The notes beneath the pieces were generated by a model. It saw only the letters and a program-made list of their open reading frames with translations, was not told the origin of the DNA and ran no database searches. From Octopus sinensis (taxonomy: Eukaryota): a DNA stretch of 64,000 bases. Made by a program: the position numbers and the translations under genes. The stretch covers positions 74,710,001 through 74,774,000 of the forward strand of contig NC_043000.1 in the NCBI RefSeq assembly GCF_006345805.1, in the 5' to 3' direction. The stretch's first letter is position 1. Every line of letters starts with the position of its first letter. Of the stretch, positions 25,267 to 38,007 are shown in pieces.

Positions 25267-25700
25267 TCCTCGGCAGTCATGGCTCATATTTAACTCCTGT
25301 GTAGCATGGCAGTTCACACTCATACATCATACAGTATACCTGTCATCCTGAGCGAGAGGCCCTTAGTTGCCAGCAGAGGTAGGAGCTTCCTGAATTTTGC
25401 CCAGGCTATTCATATTCTAGCCACTACACTCTCAGACCAATCACCCCCACTTGGTTGACTAAGTAGCGGAAGCTATTGGTTACTTCTAGTTTCTCTCCCT
25501 GCCATGTGATGGAATCTGTTGTCTGCACATCTTCAGTGTTTGTTGCCCCTGTGCATCTGCCACACACAAAAACTATTTTCCCGGTTAATCTTCCTTTGAT
25601 GTTACTGCACCTTTTATGTGTCCATAACTTACACCAGGTACATCGTATAGTGTTTCTACCCATGCTTTTTGGCTAGGTTAATCATAAGGCCCTTCGATTA
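25263..25700 (-). mobile_element. RTE LINE upstream part, split by the HERO insertion
   Basis: ORF 25424-25663 (GRNTIRCTWCKLWTHKRC) and AMTAEDM ending at 25263, which continues as YRLERNEASM at 21291. Confidence 0.88.
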
Positions 25701-25992
25701 CTCTCTCTCTTTTACTTACTTGTTTCAGTCATTTGACTGCAGCCATGCTGGAGCACTGCTTTTAGTCAAGCAAATCGACCCCAGGACTTATTCTTTGTAA
25801 GCCTAGTACTTATTCCATCGGTCTCTTTTGCCAAACCGCTAAGTTATGGGGATGTAAACACACCAGCATTGCTTGTCAAGTGATGTTGGCAGGACAAACA
25901 CAGACATATTATGTGTATATATATGTTTGTGTGTCTGTGTTTGTCCCCCCAACATCACTTGACAAGCAATGCTGGTGTGTTTACATCCCCTG
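25699..25992 (-). mobile_element. tRNA-derived SINE, 3' part only, with a short inverted duplication
   Basis: Same tail as 57041-57190 and 48334-48470. Positions 25848-25890 are inverted at about 25945-25992. Confidence 0.75.
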
Positions 25993-27417
25993 ATGCATTA
26001 ACTGATAAAATTTACACATAAAGAACATAGTATAAAACATGGTATAGACCTTAGAAAGGGGAGGAAGGTAGTGTATATTGGAGGTGTATAGTAAGAATAG
26101 ATGAATATATTCATCTAGGGTAAAAGAAAAACTCAAGTAGATGTATTGGTATAAATGTTATATGTTGTGGTATTATGTCCATCCATATTAAAGTAATAGT
26201 AAATTAGCATGTCGAGTTTAATTCAAGTGTGTATAGTTATTATTAATATTTAACTAAGGTGGAAGACATTCCAGGCAATCTGTTACTTATTGTAAATATC
26301 AAAAGGGTTAAAAGACTTATAAGATATATTAACTTAATGCTAGGGTACATAAAATTTTTGAAAATAAAATAAATAAAAATAGAGTAAAAATAAATGAATA
26401 AAGACTTACTATAACTGTTCACTCTTTAAAATAATTTATTATAAAGATAAGGAACTATTGGAGAGAAATTTAAAATTTTCAAATATGCAGTTTTCCCTTA
26501 GTGAGATACTGGATGTAAATATGTTAAGAAACTCACGTAAAGAGATATAGTATTTAACATAAATAAATAAATATTAATAAGGAGTAAATATATTGTTATA
26601 AAAGTAATAATAATATGGATTAGTTCAACAAGATTAATTAAAGCTTACCAATAAAATTATTTAAATAGTTGAATATAATGCTCTCAAAGCTGGAAGTAGG
26701 TATTTAATATAGAGGTAAAGAGCTAAAGGACTGGGAATAATCTAAATTAGGGACATACAAAAGATGAGACCTAGTAAATGTAAACATATTTTAGAGTCAA
26801 TTAGAAAATAGCTAAAATGTGTGATTCTTATAATATAATTCAATATTAAAGCAAATGGAAATTATTATTATCATAAATGAATAAGTTAATGGTTAGATAT
26901 ACCTTCAGGCAAGGAGATGGAAAAAACATTAAAAAATTATTGTATGAGAGAGCAATATGTAGAAAGAGAGAGAGAGAGTGTGGTGGTGGTGGATACAGAA
27001 GAATCATAAAAGGAATTATGCTTGAGATATAGAAAATCAATAGAAAAACAGTCAAGCAGTGGGTAGATAAGTAACTAGAAAGCAAATAAATAAATAATAA
27101 AAAAAAGGGCTAGATAAATAATGTACAGATGAGAGACATATGCAAGGTATGAAGAATAAATTATGCTAAATATGTTAAGTAGATTTTTAACTACAAATAT
27201 TAAAAATAATCAGTCAAGGGGAGGTAATAGATAAGTTACTAGAAAGCAAAACAAATAAGTAATAAAGGGGTTAGATAAAAATGTGCAGATTAGAGTCTTA
27301 AGACAGGTGTGTGAGGTATGAAGTAAAAATACTATACTAAATAATAAGTTGAGTGAATTTTTAACTAAAAAATATTAAAGCATTCTACCAAGAATTGGAA
27401 GAAAACTAAAGAAAATA

Positions 27418-28797
27418 ATATTGTATTTAGGAATGGTCATTTTGCCAGTTTAGCCAATAAAAACACACTCACTATATATTTGATGTTACTTTGCTTCAAC
27501 GTTATTTATTTTTTACATTAATCTTAATCTTATTTCGGCCAGAGTTCTTTCGTCATCAGTGGTCCTTTGCTTTCTTCTTTCTTATTTGTGTGTTTCTCCT
27601 TACTAACGGTCAGCCATTTTGTATTTTGTATTCCTATTGTATGTGTCTTCATTTGCGCATGTGTATACCTCTGTGTGTCTATGTTTAGTTAGTGTTTGTG
27701 TGGGGAAGTGCCTGTAATATTTGTATCTCTTGTTTATATATGTTCGTGTAATTTGTTTTTGTTTATTTTTATTTTGTTCATGTGTTTACACCTACTTGTT
27801 ATTATTATTATTATTTACTTCCATTTGTTTATTTATCTGTGTATTTTATTATGTTTTTAGTTTTGTTTATATTGTTACCAGTTTATGGGGATCTTCTGTC
27901 ATATGCCGTGGTGTGTGCTAGTGTTCCATTCCAGTTTCCTATTCAGGCTAGGTTTATCTTCTATTATGTGTGTAGCTTCCTTAATTTGTCTGATTGTTGC
28001 GTCTGTTCTATGTGTGGACAAGATTTTAACTTCTATGTTGTTGAGTGAGCCCCCGTGTTCCTGCTCGGCATGTTGGTACAGAACCGATGAGCTCTTTCCT
28101 TCCTTAAGTTCTCTCCAATGTTCATTTACCCACTCTCCTATGCTCCGTGCCGTTTCCCCTACGTATGTCGTTGTCTTGTTACTGCATCGTCCCTCTATAC
28201 ATCTTATACTATAGACTACATTTCTGGCTTTACAGTTTGTTTGTGGGCTAAATCTACACACAGTACAGTTCCTATCCGTACAGGGGGTTCTACTAAAAGG
28301 GTAGGTTCTACCAATTAGGGATTTGATAGGGTTGCCTGGCCTTTCAACAACCTTAATCCTTAGCTTAAGTTTGTCTAGGCCCTTCTAAAGCGGTATGCCA
28401 GTTCACCTCTAGGGGTGGTGTCGACGAACATGACACTCTGGTATTTGTGGTTATCATACCAAGAGTTGGCCTTCCCTATTTTCTTCTTAGTCCTTTCAAT
28501 AGTGTTCCATGACTTGCTCCTATAGAGTGGACAAATCCCATTCCTATCATTACGTACAATAGGAATACAAAATGGCTGACCGTTAGTAAGGAGAGACACT
28601 TAAATAAGAAAGAAGAAAGCAAAGGACCACTGATGAGGTCACAGGAGTGTGACAAAAGAACTCTGGCCGAAATAAGATTAAGATTAATGTAAAAAATAAA
28701 TAACACTGAAGCAAAGTAACATCAAATATATAGTGCGTGTGTTTTTATTGGCTAAACTGGCAAAATCACTATTCTTAAATACAACAATATCTGTTTC
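27418..28797 (-). mobile_element. 5'-truncated Penelope-like element (Neptune-type) with inverted terminal repeats
   Basis: GIY-YIG ORF 27899-28261 (NVVYSIRC, YVGETAR, IKEATHI) and RT C-terminal segment 28375-28599 (PLYRSKSW, SVMFVDTTPRGEL). Segment 27418-27622 is inverted at 28565-28797. Confidence 0.85.
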
Positions 28798-28942
28798 AAT
28801 GCACGATTTCACATCAAAAATCTTGCAAAACAAATATATAAATGTAATAAAGAAAATATTCAATCAATTAAAAGCTTAAAGATAGACAGAATAATAGTGA
28901 GTGTATTAGGAGGTAGATACAAGTAAACTGTAATTATACTAT

Positions 28943-28995
<53 letters not shown>

Positions 28996-29699
28996 GGTGA
29001 AGATAGGACCAAATATAGTTTAAATAGTAAAGCCAAGTAACCAGAAAATAATTAAAAGGATTAGTTGTAAAGATATAGATATGAATAAATAAATATACAT
29101 GGTAAGAAATAAATATGAGTATTATTAGATAGGTGCAAGATATACTGTAAACATAGTATGTATACATAAGGAATATAATCATATAGTTATTAAATTAATA
29201 AGCCAAGCAATATGAAAAAGAAAGAGTAAATATATAAATAGATGTATATACATGGTAAGGAATAAATATAATGTGGGAACCATAAAAGGGCTAAAGACAA
29301 TATAGTGTGGGAGAAAGGGATAAATAAGTTGTTTAACAATTTAAACATGCATGTAAGTATAAGGAATAAGAATAACTAAAAAATACTATATCCCTGTATT
29401 AAAATTAAAGTTACAAATTTGGTTATGTATATAGGAGTTCATCTCGAAAAAGGTAAAAATATAAATGCAGATATAGATAAATATATATATAAAATATATA
29501 TACATGGTAAAGATTAAATATAAAATGGGAACCTGTAAGGGAAAGGGGTAAGTTAGCTGTTATATAATTTAAACATGCATGATAGTATAAAGAATAAGAA
29601 TAGCTATATAATATTTTACCCATATTTTGAAAATACAAATTTGGTCATATGTATGCAAGGGGCCATGGTGTTCATCTCTGAGGTTAAAAATGGTATTTT

Positions 29700-31080
29700 G
29701 CAGAGAGAATATAAAATTTTTCATTTAAGCATAAAAGACATTTTTTCATATTAATTTGATAAGAAAGTATTTCCCGTTTCAAATCGTACTGTATTTTCCT
29801 ATTATTTAATTCCCAAATAAATTTACTTAATCATGTAGAATTAGATTTATGTTTATTCCTGAAAGTATAGAGATGAGTGGCAATACGTTTTTTAACCTCA
29901 TTTTGTGTAGAACCAATATAAGAATTTGTTATTCCCTGTGCTGTTATAGTACATTGATATATTACATTTTTACGCATACATGCATTCTTAAATAAGTAAT
30001 TACTTTTAATCCTACCATCACAACTATTATATATATTATTATTATTAGGAATGTTATGTAAATGGACTGTATAGTAAGTACTGGTGCTATTCAGCAGAAG
30101 TATGTTATTGGTATTAGGGTTAATTACAGTGGGGTTTAGAATATTACTGTTATTACTATTCCTATTAGAATTACTTCTATTCAAGTAGAATATATCTAAT
30201 TTCCTATTATTTATAGAAGATATAATAGTAGCAAAGTCATGGGTTAAACTATGTCCAATGATAATTTCATGATATCTATTCCTATTATTAAAATGCTTGT
30301 TAATAATTGAAAGGATTGATTTTATCAAGTTACTTTTAATTTGCATTGCAAAAGGCAAAAATCAACCATATACGAGGGGCGTTCAATAAGTAATGCCCCT
30401 GACCCACTTCCCATAGCAGTAGAGCAACGACACTTGGCACAGTTATTAGTCTTTTCCTACATAGGAACTACCCAGAGTTATGCATTTCTCCCGTCGTTTG
30501 ATACAGCTCTGGAGACCGTTTTTGTAGAAGACCCCAGCTTGGTCCTCCAGCCACGACGTGACTTCAGAAATCAAGGCTGCATCATCTGGGAAACGCTTTC
30601 CTTTCAAAATCAACTTCTTGGCTGGGAAGAGGTGAAAATCAGAGGGTGCAAGGGGAGGAGTTCATAGCTGCACGCCTGTGCTTCTGATCTGGCGACACGC
30701 GAGTTGTGGACCAGAGCGTTGAATATATCTGTTATTTGCTGATCTATATAGGTATAAATAATTGCACATGCAAAATTTCAGCTAGATCACGCAACTGCAA
30801 GTGGGTCAGGGACATTACTTATTGAACGCCCCTCGTATTATTATTAGATATTTTATCATTTCTATTAAAGGCGGGTATTGTTGCCTGTTTTACATTTATT
30901 AGGTATATATTTATTTTTACTATCAGGTGTGATTTCCTTTATATTCTTAACCTTTAAATTACAGTCCAGCTTAGTGTTAGTTCTATTTGAGTTTTTACCC
31001 TTGCTATTATTATTGTAATTCATATTATAATTACAATTATTTTTATCAAGTATTTCATTTTTATTCTTAGTCTTACAATT
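29700..31080 (-). mobile_element. Decayed Penelope-like element with GIY-YIG, interrupted by a mariner derivative
   Basis: ORF 29831-30358: IINKHF, CMRKNVIYQCTIT, YIGSTQNEVKKRIATH, NST. Confidence 0.7.
30373..30835 (-). mobile_element. Internally deleted (463 bp) derivative of the 8559-9854 mariner
   Basis: Both TIRs and the TA duplication are intact; only the transposase 3' part is retained. Confidence 0.93.
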
Positions 31081-31432
31081 TCAGTGTTGAAGGTGTTTAT
31101 AAGCCATTTAAAAACACTTTCTATGCTGCAATTGTTTTTGCTTCAGCACACGATCTCAGATCAGGTCACTTGCTATGCAAGTACATCTTCGTAATTCTTA
31201 GCCTTATTGTTATTACTATTTATATTTTTATATGAGATTTTCTTATAGTTAGTATTTATTCCATTAAGTTTAATATTAGTGTTATTGCCATTACATACAT
31301 TAGATTTTATGCTAGGGATATTTCCATTTGCATTTATATTTGTGTCATTATTGTTATTATAATTATTATTACTACTGTTGTTACTATTATTACTGTGATG
31401 TTACTATTATTATAATCAATATTAGCTATATA

Positions 31433-32683
31433 TGGGCGTTCAATAAGTAATGCCCCTGACCCACTGGCACAGTTATTAGTCTTTTTCTACATAGGAACCA
31501 CCCAGAGTTACACATTTCTCCCATTGTTTGATGCAGCTCTGAAGACCGTTTCTGTAGAAGACACCAGCTTGGTCCTCCAGCCACGACGTGACTTCAGAAA
31601 TCAAGGCTGCATCATCTGGGAAACGCTTTCCTTTCAAAAACAACTCCATGGCTGGGAAGAAGGTGCAAGGTCAGAAGAGTAGGGGGATGGGGGAGGAGTT
31701 CATAGCCGCACGCCTGTGCTTCTAATCTGGCGACACGCGAGTTGTGGACCAGAGCGTTGTCCTGCAGGAGGAGGATGCCTTTGCTGATCTTGCCCTGCCT
31801 CTTAATTTTGATAGCTTCTCTTAATTTCCTCAAAAGTGAAGCATAATAGGCTCCTGTAATTGTGGCACCATTTGCCAGGAAATCTGTCATCACTACTCCG
31901 TCCTGGTCCCAGAAGACTGTGAGCATGACCTTGCCAGCGGAGGGCTGCACCCTTTCCTTCTTTGGAGGAGGTGAGTCACGGTGCTTTCACTGCATTGACT
32001 GGGCTTTGGTCTCTGGATCATAGTGATGGACCCAGGTTTCATCCTGTGTAATCAGCCTTTTGAAAAATTTTGACTCATCTTCTTGGCACATCTCCAAATT
32101 CATCCTCGAGCAATCGACGCGTTCTTGCTTCTGGAAAGATGTGAGCAACCTGGGAATCCATCTGGCAGACACCTTTTGCATATGCAAATGGTCATGAATG
32201 ATAGTTTCCACAGACCCGGTACTAATCTTGACCTCATGGGCTATTTCGCGAATAGTTATGCGTCGATCTTCCAAAATGGCAGCCTCAACTTGATGGACAG
32301 ATGCCTCATCAATGGCAGAAGGGGGGGGGCGACCAGATCTGGGAGCTGTTTCCACAGAGTTCCAACCATGTTTGAATTCACGATGCCAGCGTTTTACGAG
32401 GTCATATGATGGGGCATTATCACAATAAGTTACTTTCATTTCATCAAAAGTCTCCCGTGGTGTGCGTCCTTTCAAATACAAAAACCGGATCTCTGCTCAA
32501 CATTCAACAGACTCCATTTCACACTTGACTCAGTTCAAACACCTGTAAATCAGAAACCACAATTAGTTTAGAGCTGTTATTTGCCACTTAATCTATAGAG
32601 ATATAAATAAGTGCACATGCAAAATTTCAGCTAGATCGAACAACTTCAAGTGGATCAGGGGCATTTCTTATTGAAGTCGCCTC

Positions 32684-32684
<1 letters not shown>
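31433..32684 (-). mobile_element. Third copy of the same DD34D mariner, with degenerate TIRs
   Basis: ORFs 31987-32481 and 31612-31950 (QDETWVHHY, QPSAGKVMLTVFWD, LLLQDNA). Premature stop shortly after the ATG at 32517. Confidence 0.92.
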
Positions 32685-32730
<46 letters not shown>

Positions 32731-32954
32731 TATACACATGTATATATATGAGGAGGTACATGAAAGAAACCGGAATTTCTCAATATTATTTTATTTACTT
32801 TATTTTACATGTTTACACTTTTATTACCTTCAAAGTATTCTCCATTAGAAGCAACTAACAGAAAAACCACCCTCCCAGCTGTTTTCTGCTAGCCCGTTGA
32901 TAATATTTTCACATTTGATTCCTAATTCTAATAATTTAACGTCTAATTATTTCT

Positions 32955-34070
32955 TTACATTATTTACATTTTACGGATATTTGTCCTTATCTTGTTTGTT
33001 GTTAACACAAAGTTTCAGCTGATATACCTTCCAGCTTTCATCGGGGAAATTTCGGACCTTGGTTCTCATTCCTGAGGTATTTTTTTGTTATTATTATTTT
33101 TTCCTTCTTTCTTCAAATTTTCTTCTGCTTCTCGCCGAGTGTTTTCCATATACCTAGGGCAGAGAAGGGCATTGTATGCATTCCCAGATTACATGCGCAA
33201 ATTCACAGATAAAATATGTATTTAAAAATTAATAAATAAATATATTCATGGATGGATGTTATTTTCACAGTGATAGTGCTCTTCTCAGTACATGAGCTGT
33301 TCCAGTTAATACGATTTTTTGCACTTCCTGTAGGGATGGTGAGCCTGGAATCATTTTCAAATATGTTTCAGTACCTTTTTTTATCATTCCTAGAGATCCT
33401 ACAATCACTGGTACTGTCGTCGCCTTGAGATGCCACATTTTTTCAATTTCTATTAGCAGGTGTTTATATTTACTAATCTTCTCAAATTCTTTCGCTGCTA
33501 TATTGTGATCACAGGGAATACTCATGTCAATTAATAAACACATCCTTTTTGTCTGATCTTTTATAAAATATCCGATTTATTAGCTTTTATAGTCTTGTCG
33601 GTCTGCACAGGGAAGTCCCATAGAATCGACACATTTTCTCCCTCAGTCACAGCTTCAGGATGATGTTTATACCATTTGTCAGCGGTTTTGATTTTATAAT
33701 GCCGACATATTGTCCAATGTAAATACTGGCCGACTCTGTCATGTCTTGCTTTATATTCTGAAGGTGCTAAGACTCTACACCCTGAGATTAGGTGGTCTAT
33801 TGTTTCAATCTCATCGTTGCAGAATCAGCATTTTGGGTCAGCTCCATTTTTCATCACATTGGCTTTGTAGTTCTGGGTTAATAAGCTTTGGTCTTGAGCA
33901 GCTAATATGAAACCTTCACTCTCTGCTTTTAGCCCTGAGCTTCGTAACCATTGGTGCGTGTGTTTCTGGTCAACATCAGCTTGTTTGCTACGGGCCACAT
34001 ATTTGCCATGGAGAGGTTTCTGTTCCCATCTGCTAGCTAAATTTTCATGTGCTTTTGTCTTTGCAATTAA

Positions 34071-34108
<38 letters not shown>

Positions 34109-34216
34109 TATTATTATTATTATTATATTATTATTATTATTCAGGTTACTGCTTGGAATCAAACTCGGGATCTTGGGGTTAGTAGCCTGCGCTCTGAACC
34201 ATTACGCCATATGCCC
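32955..34216 (-). mobile_element. SINE-like element (tRNA-like head, (TAA)n, hammerhead-like tail), interrupted by R4/Dong
   Basis: Head 34141-34216, (TAA)n 34071-34140 and 33088-33096, tail 32955-33087. Inverted relative to 34219-34520. Confidence 0.65.
33097..34070 (-). mobile_element. 5'-truncated R4/Dong-clade RLE retrotransposon
   Basis: WEQKPLHGKY, LKAESEGFILAAQDQ, C*FC...ETIDHLISG, and ORF 33265-33543 (CLLIDMSIP, EKISKYKHL, VPVIVGSLG). Flanked on both sides by TAA repeats. Confidence 0.85.
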
Positions 34217-34218
34217 AC

Positions 34219-34289
34219 GGACATATGACATAGTGGTTAAGAACACGGGCTACTAACTCCGAGATTCCGAGTTTGATTCCAGGCAGTGA

Positions 34290-34331
<42 letters not shown>

Positions 34332-34520
34332 TGACAACAACAACAACATCAAAAAATACCTTAGGAATGAGAACCCAGGCTCAAAATTCTCCCAAGACAC
34401 TCAAAGAAGGCTGGAGGGTATATCAGCTGAAGCGTTGTGTTATTAACTAACAAGATGAAGACAAATATCTGTCAAATGTAAATAATGTACATAATTCCTC
34501 ATCTCTTAAATATAGAACTG
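34219..34520 (+). mobile_element. SINE-like element (tRNA-like head, (TAA)n, hammerhead-like tail)
   Basis: TAGTGGTTAAGA (A-box-like) and GAGTTTGATTCC (B-box-like), (AAT)n from 34294, and tail AAAAAATACCTTAGGAATGAGAACC...AAATGTAAATAATGTA. Confidence 0.65.
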
Positions 34521-36112
34521 TAATTATTTCTTTGTATAATAGTGCTCACTTGCTTAGTAAGTATTGCTTTCATTATTTTATCACAGTCATAATCTCTCTT
34601 TTTAAAACAAACATTACAGTAGTCCAACAGCAGAGGGAGAAGTAGTTTGTCAAGTTTTACCTTCCCCGCAACATAGAGGTTTCAATTCAGCAGCCCTTGA
34701 GAGAGAGAGAGGAGAAAGAACATTGCAAACAATGAATGAAATCAACATGAAGTGAAAAAATTGTATAAATAAAAGGGCATTACTATAGATGTATATGCCC
34801 CTGACTTTATTGTCTCGTGATATCCAGAAAAATAGATACTTTTTAACAAAATTTTTCTACAAATACTGCTTAGTTGTGGCTTCAGATTATATACAGATTT
34901 ATAAGAAATAATTTTTCTGAGGGGGTGGAGAGAAGAGTTTTTTCCCTCATAACTTTCAGGAAGATGGGTATCTTTTAATGAAAATTTATACAAATCACTT
35001 TCAGATGGCATAGATTATGATTACAAAGAAATTTATGGTTAAAATTATTTCAAGCATTTTCCTCATTTTTTTTTAAACCATAGCCTTTTGAAATGATGGG
35101 GTAGGGGGGCATCTTTGTATGAAAAAAGTTTTGTAAACTTTTTTTTTACACTTCCTCCTTCATCATCCCACTCCGGACCTATTTTGGCCAATTTTTGTTT
35201 TGCACTTCAAAACCATGGGAAGAGCATTTTCGGTAAAAAAAAATTTTTTAAATGTTAATATTTTAAGAGGGAAAAGTGAATGATTTAGTGGTGATTTGGC
35301 TGTTTCGCTATGAAAAAGAAAATTTGAAAAATTATGAATTTTTTGCAACTCCACTTGCTGCCCCCAATTGTTTCTGTTTAGAAATTAAAATATTGGAGAG
35401 CCTGAGGAGGTCATTGCTGATATTTATCAACAGTGATTTAGAAAAATTATGGTGATGTACTTGCATAGCAAGTGACTTGATCTGAGATCATGCGCTGAAA
35501 TAAAAACAATTACAGCATAGATGTTTGTAACCCATTCAAGAATACACAGCACTATTTAAATACAAAGGTCCTGGTGCCTAGTTGTTTTGTATGTAACACT
35601 CGTATTTAAGTAGTACCGTTAAGAGACCTCTGTATTTAACTACTACCAGTTTCACTTCAACATTAAAATCTCATTTGTGTCAAAATATTTTCTTCGCTTT
35701 GAAACCATGACCTGTTCACTGACAAAACTTCGCAAAAGTAATGCAACACGAAGTTTTACCAGCGAACAGCAAACACACACATTCATTGCCTTTCATTTGT
35801 GTGTCTGTGTATCTCTGTGTGTGCACGAGTATGTCACTGTTGAAGTCACTTGTCCTACTTGTTTCTGTATATACTGGCTTAATGGTACAGAGTGTTTAAA
35901 GACTGTGAATAAGTGCAAGTTTTGAGTGCTTGTCAGTAACTTTTTTTCCTCCTCATCTCCTAATAGTAATTACCCAATTTTCTAGGCTCCTCTCACAGCT
36001 ATTCCGCATTTAAAAATTATAGGTATTTAAAACATTTTCATTCAGTAAATAATAAATTAGGTATTCATTAATAGAATAATAACTAATAAATTACATATAC
36101 ATTAATAAAATA

Positions 36113-37030
36113 CAGTGTCCAGAGAAAGTGAGGGACTTTGGAAATAAGAATGGAATGCAATGAATATTTAAATTTGTGAGAAAATGGAGTTTAAAAAATT
36201 CAAGAAACTTGAGAAATCGAAATTATAGGAAATTTTTTAGAACATGAATTTATAAAAATATCTCCAGATGGTCAACTCTTTAATAATTGCTTTCTTTTAG
36301 TACTTTTAGTAATTGTTACAAACCTAACTAATAAGCAGCTTTCTCCATTATAGTATAGATGCATCGGTTGGGGTGTGTTTTCCACTGTTCAAAGTGATGC
36401 CTTTTAACGCCTCCGTTTTTTTCTTCACCTCTTCCACATCTACAAAAGATTTCCTTTAAGGACATTTTCCATTCAGGGGAACAAAAAAAAAAAATCACAG
36501 GGAGCAAGATTGGGTGAATAGGGAGGGTGGGTACACAATGTCATGCATTCAGTCATGACTGCTTTTCGTCTTCTGCGAGCAAGTAAGGCACAAATTTTGC
36601 TGCAATTTTTTTCACTTGCAATCTCTCACTCAAAATCTGTTGGTAGGAACTCCAGGACACACCCGTCATATCAACTAGTTCATCAGTTGTTCAGAGAAGC
36701 GGTACTCCAAGATTAGTTCATGACTTTTTGTGATGTTTTCGTTTGTTTGGGAAGTCAAAGGTTACCCTAAATGAGGTTGGTCTTCAAGTGGCAAGTGACC
36801 ATTCATAACATGTGGAAACTATTCGTAAACTTTTGTTTTGCTCATGGAAGCATCCTTGTAAGCTGTTTGAAGCATGACAACTGTCTCAGCTGCTGTTATA
36901 TTCAGCAGAAAGCAGAATTTCATGGAAGCATGCTCTTTCTTTGTTTGAGCCATTACAAAAATCAACAAACAGGGAAGAAGTACTGCAAAAGAAAGATCCA
37001 CCATATGGCAGTACAACTTCACCCAGAGAC
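36113..37030 (-). mobile_element. Decayed mariner
   Basis: ORF 36819-37022 (MKFCFLLNITAAETVVMLQTAY...KTKVYE) and TA-CAGTGTCCAGAGAAAG end at 36113. Confidence 0.65.
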
Positions 37031-37039
37031 ACCGGTTGA

Positions 37040-37930
37040 TAGACTCATGCCTGAGTAGGGCTGACCATTGCTACTTGGAAGCTGTCCTGAAAGCGGTCAA
37101 TTTTTAGACCCATTTCAGAGGTTGAATCGTTGTAATGCACAGCAGCACCTGCTTGGTGTTCAAAGAAAACAACTACCTACTGGAACCATTTAGCATCACA
37201 CACTCAGTCCATCAGGGCTGCCCACTGTCCCCTTTTCTGTATGTGCTGGCTGTCTAGCCACTGCTGCAGAAGTTGGATTAGTTAAGGGACATCCCTTTTG
37301 AACTGGAACATGAGAGCAGTGTTGGCATACATGGATGATGTCACTGCCATGATGTCAGATGTCTCCAAAGTGGAATTGGTTGGCACCATTCTAAAGAAAT
37401 ATGTGTTGATTGCAGGTGCTAAAATCAATGCCAACAAGTCATTGGACTTAAGGCTGGGCACCTGAAGAAGTTGGTTGATACTGTTGGATAGCATCATCAG
37501 ATGCTGGACTGACAGGCCAGTGAAACTGCTCAGGTCTGGTTCAATCTCGACCTTCAAATGGATAAGAACTCGAATAAGGTGATGAACAGGGTGGCAAACA
37601 TGGAAATTGTCCTTGAAAGGTCGGGCAGTAAGGGTAAATGCCTACATCATCTCCATTAGCATTTATCACCTATCATGCCCTGCCCCTGGCTGGAAATCTT
37701 TCATTTAATTTCTTGTGGAAAGGATGTGTTACAATGATAAAGTGGTCAGTCTACTGCCAGCACACCCTCAGTGGCAGATTAAACATGCTATGGCTTCTGA
37801 TGCTCAGACATGGACTCAGGTTGTGTCTCCTTGACAAAGTTGATGTCCTGGGTGAAGAAAAGACTGAAACTGGGTGCTTGGCACCAAGAATGCTGTCAGG
37901 CACTCGCATCCTTCTACCAGTCAGGTAAAA
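37040..37930 (+). mobile_element. L1/Tx1-like RT fragment
   Basis: QGCPLSPFLYVLAV at about 37211 and LAYMDDVT at about 37322. Confidence 0.65.
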
Positions 37931-38007
37931 GGATGGTTGGATATTCTGCTTTAGCAATAAATAGAAGATTAGAGGCAAATAAAAGAAATTATTATTATTT
38001 TCATTAT

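Noticed and set aside
34219-34294. Possible tRNA gene (loop CTACTAA)
   Set aside because: The acceptor and anticodon stems are poorly paired and it is fused to (TAA)n and a repeat tail, so it is a SINE head.
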